Shown: positions 1-9,228, counted from the stretch's first letter. The stretch: DNA of 64,000 nucleotides from Planctomycetota bacterium (GCA_965228735.1 OZ245838.1:768001-832000); one strand, 5' to 3'. The notes: generated by a model from the sequence alone, not told the origin. Program-made: numbers and translations.

Positions 1-233
1 TGACCGAGACCCGCAACACCTACGACGTCTGGGTGCGCGTGGCCGGCGGCGGCATCACGGGCCAGTCCGGCGCCGTGAGCCTCGGCGTCGCGCGCGCGCT
101 GCGCAGCGAGAACGAGAACTTCGAGCGCCTGCTCCGCGAGCACGGCCTGCTCACGCGCGACTCGCGCGAGGTCGAACGCAAGAAGTACGGTCGTCACGGC
201 GCCCGCCGTTCGACGCAGTTCAGCAAGCGCTGA
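1..233 (+). CDS. rpsI: 30S ribosomal protein S9 (5'-truncated by window edge)
   Basis: VAGGGITGQSGA, LLTRDSREVERKKYG and C-terminal QFSKR are the S9 signature; the frame is open from position 3. Confidence 0.97.
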   Translation, partial: TETRNTYDVWVRVAGGGITGQSGAVSLGVARALRSENENFERLLREHGLLTRDSREVERKKYGRHGARRSTQFSKR

Positions 234-301
234 TCGGGCTGCTCGATCGCTCGGGCCGGCCGCGGATTCGCGGCGGCCCGCCGGTCGCGCCCGGAGCCAC
301 G

Positions 302-1087
302 ATGGCTGGCCACTCCCATTCGTCGAACATCCGGTTCCGCAAGGATCGGGTCGACGCCAAGCGGGCCAAGAACTTCGCCAAGCTGTCCCGCATGATCACC
401 GTGGCCGCGAAGCTCGGCGGCGGCGACCCCGAGGCCAACCCGCGGCTGCGCCTCGCGATGGACAAGGCGCGCGTCCTGTCGATGCCCAAGGACGTGATCG
501 AGCGGGCGATCAAGAAGGGCACGGGCGAGGGCGATCTCGGCAACTTCGAGGAGGTCGTCTACGAGGGCTACGGCCCCGGCGGCGTCGCGTTGATGCTCGA
601 GATCCTGACCGACAATCGCAATCGGTCGGCGGCCGACGTGCGCATGGTGTTCGACAAGTACGGCGGCAACCTCGGCACCTCGGGTGCGGTCGCGTGGATG
701 TTCGACCGGCGCGGGCGCTTCGTGATCGATCCGGGCAAGGACCGCGCGGAACCGCTGACCGAGGACGCGTTGACCGAGCTGTTGCTCGAGGCCGGCGGTG
801 AGCACCTCGAGCCGCTCGGCGACGGTGGTGGGGACGACCTGCGGTATCTGGCGCTGTGCGGCGCGACCGACTTCATGGCGGTCAAGGCGGAGCTCGATCG
901 GCTCGAAGTGCCGCTCGTCGAGGCCGAGCTCGCCTACGTGCCCAACCAGCTCGCGAAGGTCGATGATCGCAAGATCGCCGAACGGGTGCTGAAACTGATC
1001 GACGGTCTGGAAGACAATGACGACGTGCAGAGCGTCTTCAGCAACGAGGACTTCACGGCCGAGGTCGTGGCGCAACTCGACTCGTAG
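302..1087 (+). CDS. yebC: YebC/PmpR family protein
   Basis: MAGHS start, GGDPEANPRLR, YEGYGPGGVA, LTDNRNRS, LEDNDDVQSV. Confidence 0.95.
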   Translation: MAGHSHSSNIRFRKDRVDAKRAKNFAKLSRMITVAAKLGGGDPEANPRLRLAMDKARVLSMPKDVIERAIKKGTGEGDLGNFEEVVYEGYGPGGVALMLEILTDNRNRSAADVRMVFDKYGGNLGTSGAVAWMFDRRGRFVIDPGKDRAEPLTEDALTELLLEAGGEHLEPLGDGGGDDLRYLALCGATDFMAVKAELDRLEVPLVEAELAYVPNQLAKVDDRKIAERVLKLIDGLEDNDDVQSVFSNEDFTAEVVAQLDS

Positions 1088-1129
1088 CATTTCCGTTCTC
1101 GGGCCCTTCCGTGTCCTTTGGGGGGAAGC

Positions 1130-2095
1130 ATGACAGACAAGCAGTGGTTCTTCATCGGGACGCGTGACGGCGTGCGCGCGGCGCTCGAACGCGAGTTCGG
1201 CTCGGCACCGGGTCCGGCCGAGCAGGCGACCGAGGTGGACGGCACCGTCGTCATCGACGCGGTCGCCGGGTTGCCCGCGACCGCGGATCTGTTCGGTGGG
1301 CACGCGTTCGGCGGCGTGCTCGACCTGAAGCGCAGCCGCGAACGCCGGTCGCGCGTCGCCGTCGTCGTCGATCAAGGCGACGACATCGGTCCCCAGCTCG
1401 CGCGCTTCTGCCTGGCCGACGCCGTGCTCGTCTGGGATCCGTTGAACGCCGCGCTCGATTGCAGCGAGCTCGAGGCCGGGCGGGCGCGGGCGGGCGGCCG
1501 GCCGTCGGTCGACGAACTGCTCGCGCGGCTCGAACAGAAGGTGACGACCGAGGGCGGCCGCGAGAGCACCGTGCAGCGGCTGCTGCGGTTCGAGAGTCAG
1601 AACCCGGCGCTGCAGACGCTGCAGGACCCGGACACGGGCCTGTTCGACGGGCCCTACGCGACGTGGAAGCTCGACGAGGAATGGAAACGCAGCCAGCGGT
1701 TCCATCAGCCGCTGTCGCTCGTCCTGCTCGACATCGGCGACACGGTGAGCGAGCTGGCGGAGCCCGACCGCCGCGTCGTGCTCGCGGACGCCGCGAGCGT
1801 GTTCCTCAACGAGTGCCGCGACATCGACGTGCTGTCGCGCTTCACGCCGTCGACGTTCCTGTTCCTGCTGCCGGGCACGGGCGCGGATGGCGCGACGATC
1901 CTGGCGCAGCGGATGATCGCGCAGCTCCAGGAACGGCTGCCGCCGGCCGTGAAGCCGCAGCTCGCGGCCGGGGTCGCGACGGCGCCGCACGCCCAGATTC
2001 CCCATCGGAAGGCGTTTCTGGCCGTCGCGGAGGCCTGTCTCGAGCGCGCCCGGGAGGCGCCCGGGGGTGGTCAAGTCGAGACGACTTGGCAATAG
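1130..2095 (+). CDS. Degenerate GGDEF-domain protein
   Basis: DPDTGLF, PLSLVLLDI and RDIDVLSRFTPSTFLFLLP follow the GGDEF fold; FTPSTF replaces the GG(D/E)EF motif; RxxD is retained. Confidence 0.8.
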   Translation: MTDKQWFFIGTRDGVRAALEREFGSAPGPAEQATEVDGTVVIDAVAGLPATADLFGGHAFGGVLDLKRSRERRSRVAVVVDQGDDIGPQLARFCLADAVLVWDPLNAALDCSELEAGRARAGGRPSVDELLARLEQKVTTEGGRESTVQRLLRFESQNPALQTLQDPDTGLFDGPYATWKLDEEWKRSQRFHQPLSLVLLDIGDTVSELAEPDRRVVLADAASVFLNECRDIDVLSRFTPSTFLFLLPGTGADGATILAQRMIAQLQERLPPAVKPQLAAGVATAPHAQIPHRKAFLAVAEACLERAREAPGGGQVETTWQ

Positions 2096-2113
2096 TCGCG
2101 CGGGCCCTTCGCA
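2089..2113 (+). promoter_or_regulatory. Putative ECF promoter GCAATA-N15-CGCA
   Basis: Same bipartite motif and spacing as 4975-4999 and 8288-8312; 42 nt upstream of ATG 2156. Confidence 0.5.
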
Positions 2114-2155
2114 TGGGCGGCAGATCAGGCGGCGTGATCGCGCCGTCACTGCGCT

Positions 2156-4849
2156 ATGTTCGATCGCTTCATCAGGCTGGCACGGGCTCGCAAGGCCCTG
2201 CAAGAAAAACGCTTCGAGGATGCTCTGCAGCTCGCGGACGATCCGCTGATCGCAGGCACCCGGCGCGCCGAGACGATTCGCGACAAGGCTCGGGCCGCGC
2301 TGCTCACCCGCGCGCGCGAGCGGCTGGCTCAGGGTGAGATTCCGGCGGCGCGGAAGCTCGCCGAACGGCTGCGGCAGGCCGGCGCGGATGCCGGCGTGCA
2401 GACGCTGATCGGCGATCTCGACGCGGCCGAGTCGCGCGACCAGGAGGTCTCGACCGAGGCCCGGAAGGTCGCGGAAGAGGCCCGCAAGCTGCTGCAGCGC
2501 GGCGAGCTCGCGGCGGCGGCGGCGGCCGTGGCGGGGATGCCCGAGGGTGGTCCGGCCGGATTGCAGAGGCAGCTCGAGGCGCAGGTCCAGGAGAGCAAGC
2601 TTCAAGCCAAGGAGCAGCTCGATCACGTCGCGCGCCATCTCGCGCAGACGCGGGTCGACGAGGCGCAGAAGGCGTTCGCCAAGGCGGCGGCGCTCGATCG
2701 CGATGCAGCTGCGAACGCGACCGTGCGCGGCCGGTTGTTCGACGCGCTCGCCGACGGTGCGGGCGGCCGGATCCGCGAGCAGATCGAGCGCGGTGACCTG
2801 CTCGCGGCGTGCGCTGCGGTGCGGGCCGTTCGTGGGCAGGCGGCGACGTTCGAGATCGGGCAGGCGGTGGGCGACGTGCGCGCGCTGAAGAAGCCGCTCA
2901 GCGGTCTCGAGTCCGCGTTGGTCGCCGAGTGGCGGCGCGCGACGGACATCACGGCCGCCGCGGAGCTTGCCGAGGCGGCGCACGAGGCCGGGCTCGAACT
3001 GCCCGCGGCGACGGCGGAGCTGGTGGCCGCGCTGCGCACGGTCCACGCGGCCGGCGCGGGCGATCCGGAACTGCTGCAGAAGCTGCGCGACGTCGCGCGG
3101 ACTGCTGGGTGCAAGTCGCTCGGCAAGGCCGTCGACGGCAAGCTGCTGCGCCTCGACGATCAGGATCAGCGCGTCACGGCAGCCCGTGAGCTCATGGCGC
3201 AGGGCGATCTCGACGCTGCGCGCGAACGGCTGACCGCGGTCCTCGCGGACGACCCGCTGCACGAAGCGGCCCGGCGCGAGCTCGACCTCGTCGAGCAGGG
3301 CATCGGTTCTCTGAGCGAGCAGCTCACGGCGGCCCGCACGGCGGCCCGTGAGGGCCGGCTGCGCGCGGCGTGCAGCCAGGCGCTCGCGCTCGGCACGGCG
3401 GGGCGACTCGGCAACGAGGCGCAGCTGCTGCTGACCGACGTGCGCGCGCGCATGGCGCTGGTCGATCGCGGCCTCGACGAGGTGCGGACGACGCTGCACG
3501 GCAAGGCGGCCGGCAGTCTGCAGGGCGTGCGTCACTGTCTCGCGCGGCTCGAGGAGCTGCGCAAGGTGCAGTGCGATCACGACGAGCTCGATCGCGTCGT
3601 GCTGGCCATCGAGACCGAGATCCAGGGCCTCGAGGCCTGCGATCGCGCGGCCGCCGCGCTGGCCGATGACGATCTCGTGACCGCGGCAGCGAGCCTGTCC
3701 GAGGTGCTCGGTTCGCGCCGCGATCTGCTCGTTCCCGAGCGGCTCGACGCGCGCGTGCTCACGCTCGCCGATCGCTTCCACGCGCACGGCGAACGCGCGC
3801 TCGCGGCCGGCCGCGGCGGCGATCTCGAACGGTGCGCGGCCGTGCTCGACGGCCTCGCCGCCGTGAAGTCCGACTTCGGCGAGACCGCCGCGCACTGGCG
3901 TCGCGACGCCGAACGGCGCAAGCAGGCGGCGGACGACAAGGCCGCGGCGGCGCGCGCCGCGATCGCGGAGCGCGACCTCGCGACGGCCGAGCAGTGCCTC
4001 GAGGAGGCAACTGAACTGTGGGCCGACTGCGCCGCCGTGCGCACGCTGCGGGGCGAGCTCGCGGGGCACCAGCGGCGCCACGACGAGCTCGAACAGGTCG
4101 AGGCGCTGGCCGCCGAGGCGGACTACCAGGGCGCGGCCGAGAAGCTCGCGGCCATGCCGCCGACGCCGGCGCTGCTGCGGACGAGGATCTTCGACATGAA
4201 GCAGCAGCTCGCGCGGGCGCAGGGCCTCGAGGGCGCGTTCCTCATGCGCGTCGACGAAGGCGGTGAACATCTCGTCGTGCGCGGCGAGAGCATCTCGATC
4301 GGCAACGTGCGCCAGAACCGCGCGGACCTGCCCGTGCTCGCGAACGTCGCGGGGCGGCATGCGACGATTCGTCGCAGCATGTCGTTCCACGGCGGCATGG
4401 AGGACACCGTCGTCGCCGAGGATGGCGAGGTGCGCGTGCGCGGCCGCCGCGTGCAAAAGCACAAGCTGCAGGACGGCGACACGATCCAGTTCGGTCCGTC
4501 GCTCGCCGCGAGCTACCGGCAGCCGACCGAGCGGTCGCTGACCGCCGGCCTCGTGCTCCAGGGCGGGTTCCAGATCGCCGGCACCGAGCGCGTGCTGCTG
4601 ATGAAGGACCGCGGCAAGGACGGCCGCATCCTGGTGGGCCCCGGCCGCGACGTGCACGTGCGCGTCACCGGCGCCTCGCACGAGGTCGAGCTGTTCGCCG
4701 CGAGCACGGGCCAGATCCGCGTGCACTGTCCGGCCGGCGGCACGATCGACGGCTCGCCGTTCAAGGGCGAGCACCCGGTCGACGCCGGCCAGGTCGTGAC
4801 CGCGGGTGGCGTAACGTTCGTGCTCCTGCCCTGGCGCCCGTCGCCGTAG
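2156..4849 (+). CDS. Alpha-helical (TPR-like) repeat protein with C-terminal tandem FHA-like domains
   Basis: About 690 aa of Ala/Leu/Glu/Arg helical repeats, then beta-rich ISIGN...VAGRHATIRR...LQDGDTIQFG; GC3-rich codon usage. Confidence 0.75.
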   Translation: MFDRFIRLARARKALQEKRFEDALQLADDPLIAGTRRAETIRDKARAALLTRARERLAQGEIPAARKLAERLRQAGADAGVQTLIGDLDAAESRDQEVSTEARKVAEEARKLLQRGELAAAAAAVAGMPEGGPAGLQRQLEAQVQESKLQAKEQLDHVARHLAQTRVDEAQKAFAKAAALDRDAAANATVRGRLFDALADGAGGRIREQIERGDLLAACAAVRAVRGQAATFEIGQAVGDVRALKKPLSGLESALVAEWRRATDITAAAELAEAAHEAGLELPAATAELVAALRTVHAAGAGDPELLQKLRDVARTAGCKSLGKAVDGKLLRLDDQDQRVTAARELMAQGDLDAARERLTAVLADDPLHEAARRELDLVEQGIGSLSEQLTAARTAAREGRLRAACSQALALGTAGRLGNEAQLLLTDVRARMALVDRGLDEVRTTLHGKAAGSLQGVRHCLARLEELRKVQCDHDELDRVVLAIETEIQGLEACDRAAAALADDDLVTAAASLSEVLGSRRDLLVPERLDARVLTLADRFHAHGERALAAGRGGDLERCAAVLDGLAAVKSDFGETAAHWRRDAERRKQAADDKAAAARAAIAERDLATAEQCLEEATELWADCAAVRTLRGELAGHQRRHDELEQVEALAAEADYQGAAEKLAAMPPTPALLRTRIFDMKQQLARAQGLEGAFLMRVDEGGEHLVVRGESISIGNVRQNRADLPVLANVAGRHATIRRSMSFHGGMEDTVVAEDGEVRVRGRRVQKHKLQDGDTIQFGPSLAASYRQPTERSLTAGLVLQGGFQIAGTERVLLMKDRGKDGRILVGPGRDVHVRVTGASHEVELFAASTGQIRVHCPAGGTIDGSPFKGEHPVDAGQVVTAGGVTFVLLPWRPSP

Positions 4850-4974
4850 CCGGGCTCTGGCACGCGAACGCGGGATCCACACCCAACCCAGCACCCGGTC
4901 CTGGCGGGCAGATTACGGTATAGCGGAAAATAGAATGCGGGGAGAGGGAACAAGGGTTGGCCCCGACTTTCCTT

Positions 4975-4999
4975 CGAATAGTCGCCCGTCGAGCCCGTA
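4975..4999 (+). promoter_or_regulatory. Putative ECF promoter CGAATA-N15-CGTA
   Basis: Motif shared with two other upstream regions of this locus; followed by the SD AGGAGG and ATG 5021. Confidence 0.55.
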
Positions 5000-5020
5000 T
5001 GCGGCGACAGGAGGTCCCCG

Positions 5021-5641
5021 ATGTTCGCAGTCCTCACAGCCGCCACACTCTGCTTCGCCCCGCAAGGCCCCGCCGACGACTTCGGCGCGTCCGATTCCGC
5101 CCGTTCGGAATCCGTTGCGGTCGCCGCCACCGCCGTCGCGGTGCAGGGCGAGACCGAGCTCACGCCGGCCGAGGCCTACGCGTCGGCGTCCCGCGCGGCG
5201 TCCGCGCACGTCCGCGAACGCTGGAACGAGCGGGCCAATCGGGCGGCCGAACTGCGCCGGCCGTTCTGGCTGCCGCAGATCCTGGTCGACGAGCACGTGC
5301 GGCGCTGGCTCGCGGATCTGCCGATCGAGCGCCTCGCGCAGGTCGTCGATCGCGACGACAAGAAGCGCATCCACGAGTTCGGCAACAGCTACCAGACGAC
5401 CTTGTGGGTGGCCGAAGAGCCGCGTCGGGTCGCGCAGGGCGAAGAACGGCTGCAGCGCACGCTGCGCCGGCTCGAGCGGACCACGGCCTACAAGTACGGC
5501 GGCATCGTCGCGGGTTGGGCCCTGCTCGCGTTCGTCGTGAACTGGCTGGATCGGCTCTCGCGCGGCTACATGACCGGGCGGTTGCGGTGCATCGGTCTGC
5601 TCTGTGGCGCCGCGTTCCCGGCCGCGCTGTTTCTCGTGTAA
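5021..5641 (+). CDS. Hypothetical membrane protein (N-terminal signal-like segment, two C-terminal TM segments)
   Basis: Strong SD AGGAGG; hydrophobic GGIVAGWALLAFVVNWL and CIGLLCGAAFPAALFLV. Confidence 0.75.
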   Translation: MFAVLTAATLCFAPQGPADDFGASDSARSESVAVAATAVAVQGETELTPAEAYASASRAASAHVRERWNERANRAAELRRPFWLPQILVDEHVRRWLADLPIERLAQVVDRDDKKRIHEFGNSYQTTLWVAEEPRRVAQGEERLQRTLRRLERTTAYKYGGIVAGWALLAFVVNWLDRLSRGYMTGRLRCIGLLCGAAFPAALFLV

Positions 5642-5665
5642 CCTACTGCAACCCCGAAGGACCCC

Positions 5666-7078
5666 ATGGAGGCACCTCGCATCGACTCCGAAGGCCAGGC
5701 CGACGCGCCCGACCGCGTCGACTGGGAAGCCTTCTACCAGAGCTACCGCAAGCCGGGCTACGTGCCCGGCTTCGAGATCATCCACAAGCTGGGTGGCGGG
5801 ATGTTCGGCCTCGTCTTCAAGGCGCGGAAGGAGTCGATCGGCAAGGACTACGCGATCAAGTTCCTGAAGGTCGACGACGAGACCGTGCGCGATGCGGTCG
5901 CGCGCGAGCTCGACACGGTGCGGTTCTTCGCCCAGATCGACCACCCCAACCTCGTGTCGATCGAGGACAAGGGCATCGTCGACGGCATCCCGTTCCTCGT
6001 GATGAGCTACGCCGGGCAGGAGACGCTGCAGAAGCGCCTGCAGGCCGGGGGCCAGCCGGGCGAGCGCCTGCCCCGCGAGGAAGCGCTGCGGATCTTCGCG
6101 CAGGCCGCGCGCGGCGTGCAGGCGCTGCACGAGCATTCGCTCGTCCACTTCGATCTCAAGCCGGCCAACATCTTCCTGAAGGGCGACGTCGCGCGCGTTG
6201 GTGACTACGGGCTCAGCAAGCTCGTCAGCGAGTCGCGCAACTCGCTGAGCTTCAGCCGCGGCACGCCGTACTACATGGCGCCGGAGATGCTGCAGCGGCG
6301 CGGCGACAGCAAGAGCGACATCTATTCGCTCGGCGTCATCCTCTACGAGTGCCTCTACGGCGACGTGCCGTTCCGCGGGGATTCGGAGTGGGAGGTGCTG
6401 CGCAAGCACGAGACGGCGCAGCCCGAGTTCCCGGCCGATGCGATCGCGGGCGACCGCGAGATCGTGCTGCGCTGCATGGCGAAGGACCCGGCCGATCGGT
6501 TCGACTCGGTGGCCGAACTGCTGCGCGCGCTGCAGGCGCCCGTCGCGCTCGGTGAGAGCCTGGTGTTCGATCGTCGTCCGGCGCCGCCAGCTTCCGCCCC
6601 AGCGCCGTCCGCAAACGGGCAGCGCCCGGCGGTCCGGCCGCTCGGTGCGCCGCCGGCGCGCCCGTTCCCGACGCCGCCGCCGTTGCCGCGGCCGGACGCG
6701 ATGCCGGTGCCGCCGCCGCCGCCGCCAGTTGGCGATGCCGAGAACGTGGCTCTTGCCGGGCCGGGTGCCCTGCCCGCCGGCCAACGCGACCCCGCCGACA
6801 GCCCCTACGGCATGCCGTGGCGCGAAGAGCCGCGCAAGAGCGGTGGCCCGGTCGGGCTGCTCGTGCGCGGGATGTTCGGGCTGATCGACCTCGTCATCGC
6901 GCTCGTGATGCTGCCCGTGCGGGTGGTGAGCTGGTTCGCCAGCCGCGGCGTCGGGATGCTCGTTCGCCTGCCGGGCCGCGTGCTCGCGGTCGCGGCCCAG
7001 CTCATCGGGCTGCTCGTGGTCGCGGGGCTCGCGCTGCTCGTCGTGGTCACGGTGCTGCAACTGCTCGGAGCGGTCTGA
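5666..7078 (+). CDS. Hanks-type Ser/Thr protein kinase, non-RD, with Pro-rich linker and C-terminal membrane anchor
   Basis: LGGGMFGLV, YAIK, HFDLKPAN, DYG, GTPYYMAPE, DIYSLG. Confidence 0.95.
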   Translation: MEAPRIDSEGQADAPDRVDWEAFYQSYRKPGYVPGFEIIHKLGGGMFGLVFKARKESIGKDYAIKFLKVDDETVRDAVARELDTVRFFAQIDHPNLVSIEDKGIVDGIPFLVMSYAGQETLQKRLQAGGQPGERLPREEALRIFAQAARGVQALHEHSLVHFDLKPANIFLKGDVARVGDYGLSKLVSESRNSLSFSRGTPYYMAPEMLQRRGDSKSDIYSLGVILYECLYGDVPFRGDSEWEVLRKHETAQPEFPADAIAGDREIVLRCMAKDPADRFDSVAELLRALQAPVALGESLVFDRRPAPPASAPAPSANGQRPAVRPLGAPPARPFPTPPPLPRPDAMPVPPPPPPVGDAENVALAGPGALPAGQRDPADSPYGMPWREEPRKSGGPVGLLVRGMFGLIDLVIALVMLPVRVVSWFASRGVGMLVRLPGRVLAVAAQLIGLLVVAGLALLVVVTVLQLLGAV

Positions 7079-7169
7079 CCCGCGCTGCTGGCCCGATCGG
7101 CGGTGCGCAGCCGGCCCCGGATTCGGGCCGCGCGAACTGCCCCGGGCCGCTATCCTGCTACCTCCCGCG

Positions 7170-7838
7170 ATGAGCGATCGATCCTTCGACATGGACCGCC
7201 TGCAGGCGATGGACGAGGCCGCCTGGTCCGAGCTGCAGGGTGAGTACTACCGGCGCATCTACTTCTACGTGAAGCGCTTCGTCACGGACCACCAGACGGC
7301 CGAGGACCTCACGCAGGACGTCTTCCTCGGCGCGGTGCGGGGCATCGGCGGATTCGACCCGAGCTACTCGCTGGACCAGTTCCTGTTCGGCATCGCGAAG
7401 AACCGGGTCATCGATCATTACCGCAAGCACAAGATCGCGCTGATCCCGAGCAAGGCCGATGGTGACGGCAGCGGCGGGGATTCGGACCGCAGCCAGATCT
7501 GGCTCGAGAACATGCCCAACGAGGCCGCGCCGCAGCCGAAGGAGCGCGTCGTCGAATCCGAGGACGGCGGGCGCCAGCGCAAGGTGCTCGCGACGATCCT
7601 GCGGGACATGGTGTCGGACCTCTGGAGCAACGGCGAGTTCCAGAAGCTCATGGTCCTCGAGTTCCTGTTCGTGCTCGGCGGCCGCAACAAGGACGCCGCG
7701 ACGCGCTTCGGCATCGCGGACGAGAAGCACGTCGCGGGGATCAAGTTCCGGGCCGTGGATCGGCTGCGCGGCCTGGCGCGGCAGCACGACCCGAACCATT
7801 CGCTGTTTCGCGGGCTCTGGCAGCCGGGGGCCCGGTAG
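7170..7838 (+). CDS. ECF RNA polymerase sigma factor
   Basis: Region 2 TAEDLTQDVF...FLFGIAKNRVIDHYRK; HTH-like region 4 NKDAATRFGIADEKHV. Confidence 0.9.
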   Translation: MSDRSFDMDRLQAMDEAAWSELQGEYYRRIYFYVKRFVTDHQTAEDLTQDVFLGAVRGIGGFDPSYSLDQFLFGIAKNRVIDHYRKHKIALIPSKADGDGSGGDSDRSQIWLENMPNEAAPQPKERVVESEDGGRQRKVLATILRDMVSDLWSNGEFQKLMVLEFLFVLGGRNKDAATRFGIADEKHVAGIKFRAVDRLRGLARQHDPNHSLFRGLWQPGAR

Positions 7839-7843
7839 GACCG

Positions 7844-8179
7844 ATGAGCACCGATCCGACGAATCCCGGCAGCGGTGGCGACGGCAGCGAGATCGAGATC
7901 GATCCGCACCTGACGTTCACGGTGGCCTCGGTCTGGCGCGATGAGCGGATCTCGTGCCCGCACCCGCACGTGCTCCAGAGCTACATCCAGGGTGGCCTCG
8001 ACGGGGGTGCGGCCGAGTTCGTGCGCTTCCATCTCGACGAGAGCCAGTGCCCGTACTGCAACGCGATCGTCGAGGACCTGCAGGCCCGGGACAGCGAGGC
8101 CAAGGAGCAGCAGCTCGAGGATCTGAAGGATCGGCTGCTGCGGTCGACGGCCACGGCGCTGCGGAAGGGCCGCGCCTGA
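7844..8179 (+). CDS. Small soluble zinc-finger (zf-HC2/ZAS-like) protein, putative anti-sigma factor
   Basis: CP...HLDESQCPYC motif; directly follows the ECF gene; no TM segment. Confidence 0.75.
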   Translation: MSTDPTNPGSGGDGSEIEIDPHLTFTVASVWRDERISCPHPHVLQSYIQGGLDGGAAEFVRFHLDESQCPYCNAIVEDLQARDSEAKEQQLEDLKDRLLRSTATALRKGRA

Positions 8180-8287
8180 CGGCCAGAACAGCCCGTGGCA
8201 TCGGGCGTTCTGCCCGACCTGGCCCGCCCGATTGGGTCGCAATCCGGGCCGCGATCCGGCTGTCGAGCGCAATTCCTGAGCCGGCGC

Positions 8288-8312
8288 CGAATATCCGGAG
8301 CGGTCGTTCGCA
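8288..8312 (+). promoter_or_regulatory. Putative ECF promoter CGAATA-N15-CGCA
   Basis: Third copy of the motif; 52 nt upstream of ATG 8365. Confidence 0.55.
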
Positions 8313-8364
8313 GAGGGGGGGAGTGGCACCGAGAGCGGTGCCCGACAACCACAGCGAGAACGAC

Positions 8365-9207
8365 ATGATCCGCAAGACTTTCAAGGTGGCGCTTCTGACC
8401 GGTGCGGTGCTCGGCGGGGCAGGATTCCTTTTCTTCGGCACCGCCTTCCCCAGCTACGTCAGCTCGATGGCCACGTCCGTGCGTGAGTCGGTCGCTGGCC
8501 AGATCCCGATCGAACTCGAGATCAAGCGGGCCGAGGGCCTCATCAAGCAGATCGATCCGCAGATCGACAACTGCAAGCGTGACCTCGCCCGTTCGGAGGT
8601 CGAGCTCGAGGATCTGCAGGAGTCGATCCAGGAGCTCGAGGAGCGCGTCGCGGTCGAACAGCGCAAGCTGAAGCGCGGCTACAAGCTGTTGCAGGACGGC
8701 GGCGACATCGAGCTCGCGGCCAACTACGGCGCCCGCCGTCGCGTGACGCTCGACCTGCAGCGCACCAAGGACAGCTACGTCAACAACACCGCGATCCTGA
8801 AGGCCAAGCGCATGCTGGTCACCCGCGAGACGCGCAACGTCGAAGCCGCGAAGGAGAAGCTGATCGCGGTCCGCACGCAGCGCGAGTCGCTGATCGACCA
8901 GATCCGTTCGCTCAAGACCCAGCAGCGCGAGATCGAGACCCTGGCCGCGAACAGCGACCGCTTCGACCTCGACAGCTCGGCGCTGAGCCAGGCCAAGGAA
9001 GTGATCGAGACGGTGCGCAAGCGCCTCGACGTCGCCCAGCGCGTGCTCGAGAACGACATGGCGTTCCACGGTGAAGACCCGGACGCCCCGGTCGTCAGCC
9101 AGCGCGACATGATGTCGGAGCTCGAAGAACTCTTCGCCGCGGAAGCTGCGCCGAACAGCGCGAGCGCGGAGGTCATCGAGATCCCCGCCGAGACGCGCGG
9201 CCGCTGA
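8365..9207 (+). CDS. Membrane-anchored or exported long coiled-coil protein (loosely PspA/IM30-like)
   Basis: MIRKTFK plus a hydrophobic segment, then about 200 aa of heptad-rich helix. Confidence 0.75.
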   Translation: MIRKTFKVALLTGAVLGGAGFLFFGTAFPSYVSSMATSVRESVAGQIPIELEIKRAEGLIKQIDPQIDNCKRDLARSEVELEDLQESIQELEERVAVEQRKLKRGYKLLQDGGDIELAANYGARRRVTLDLQRTKDSYVNNTAILKAKRMLVTRETRNVEAAKEKLIAVRTQRESLIDQIRSLKTQQREIETLAANSDRFDLDSSALSQAKEVIETVRKRLDVAQRVLENDMAFHGEDPDAPVVSQRDMMSELEELFAAEAAPNSASAEVIEIPAETRGR

Positions 9208-9228
9208 GCTCTCGCCAACGGAATCATC

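Noticed and set aside
194..4894. 1566-aa reverse-strand ORF and many other long overlapping ORFs (e.g. 4913-7192, 28353-30455, 50471-53164)
   Set aside because: Antisense or frame shadows of real genes in GC-rich DNA; Arg/Ala/Gly-rich with no motifs
4919..4936. Sigma70-like -10 (TATAGC/TAGAAT)
   Set aside because: No convincing -35; cannot be supported beyond local AT richness
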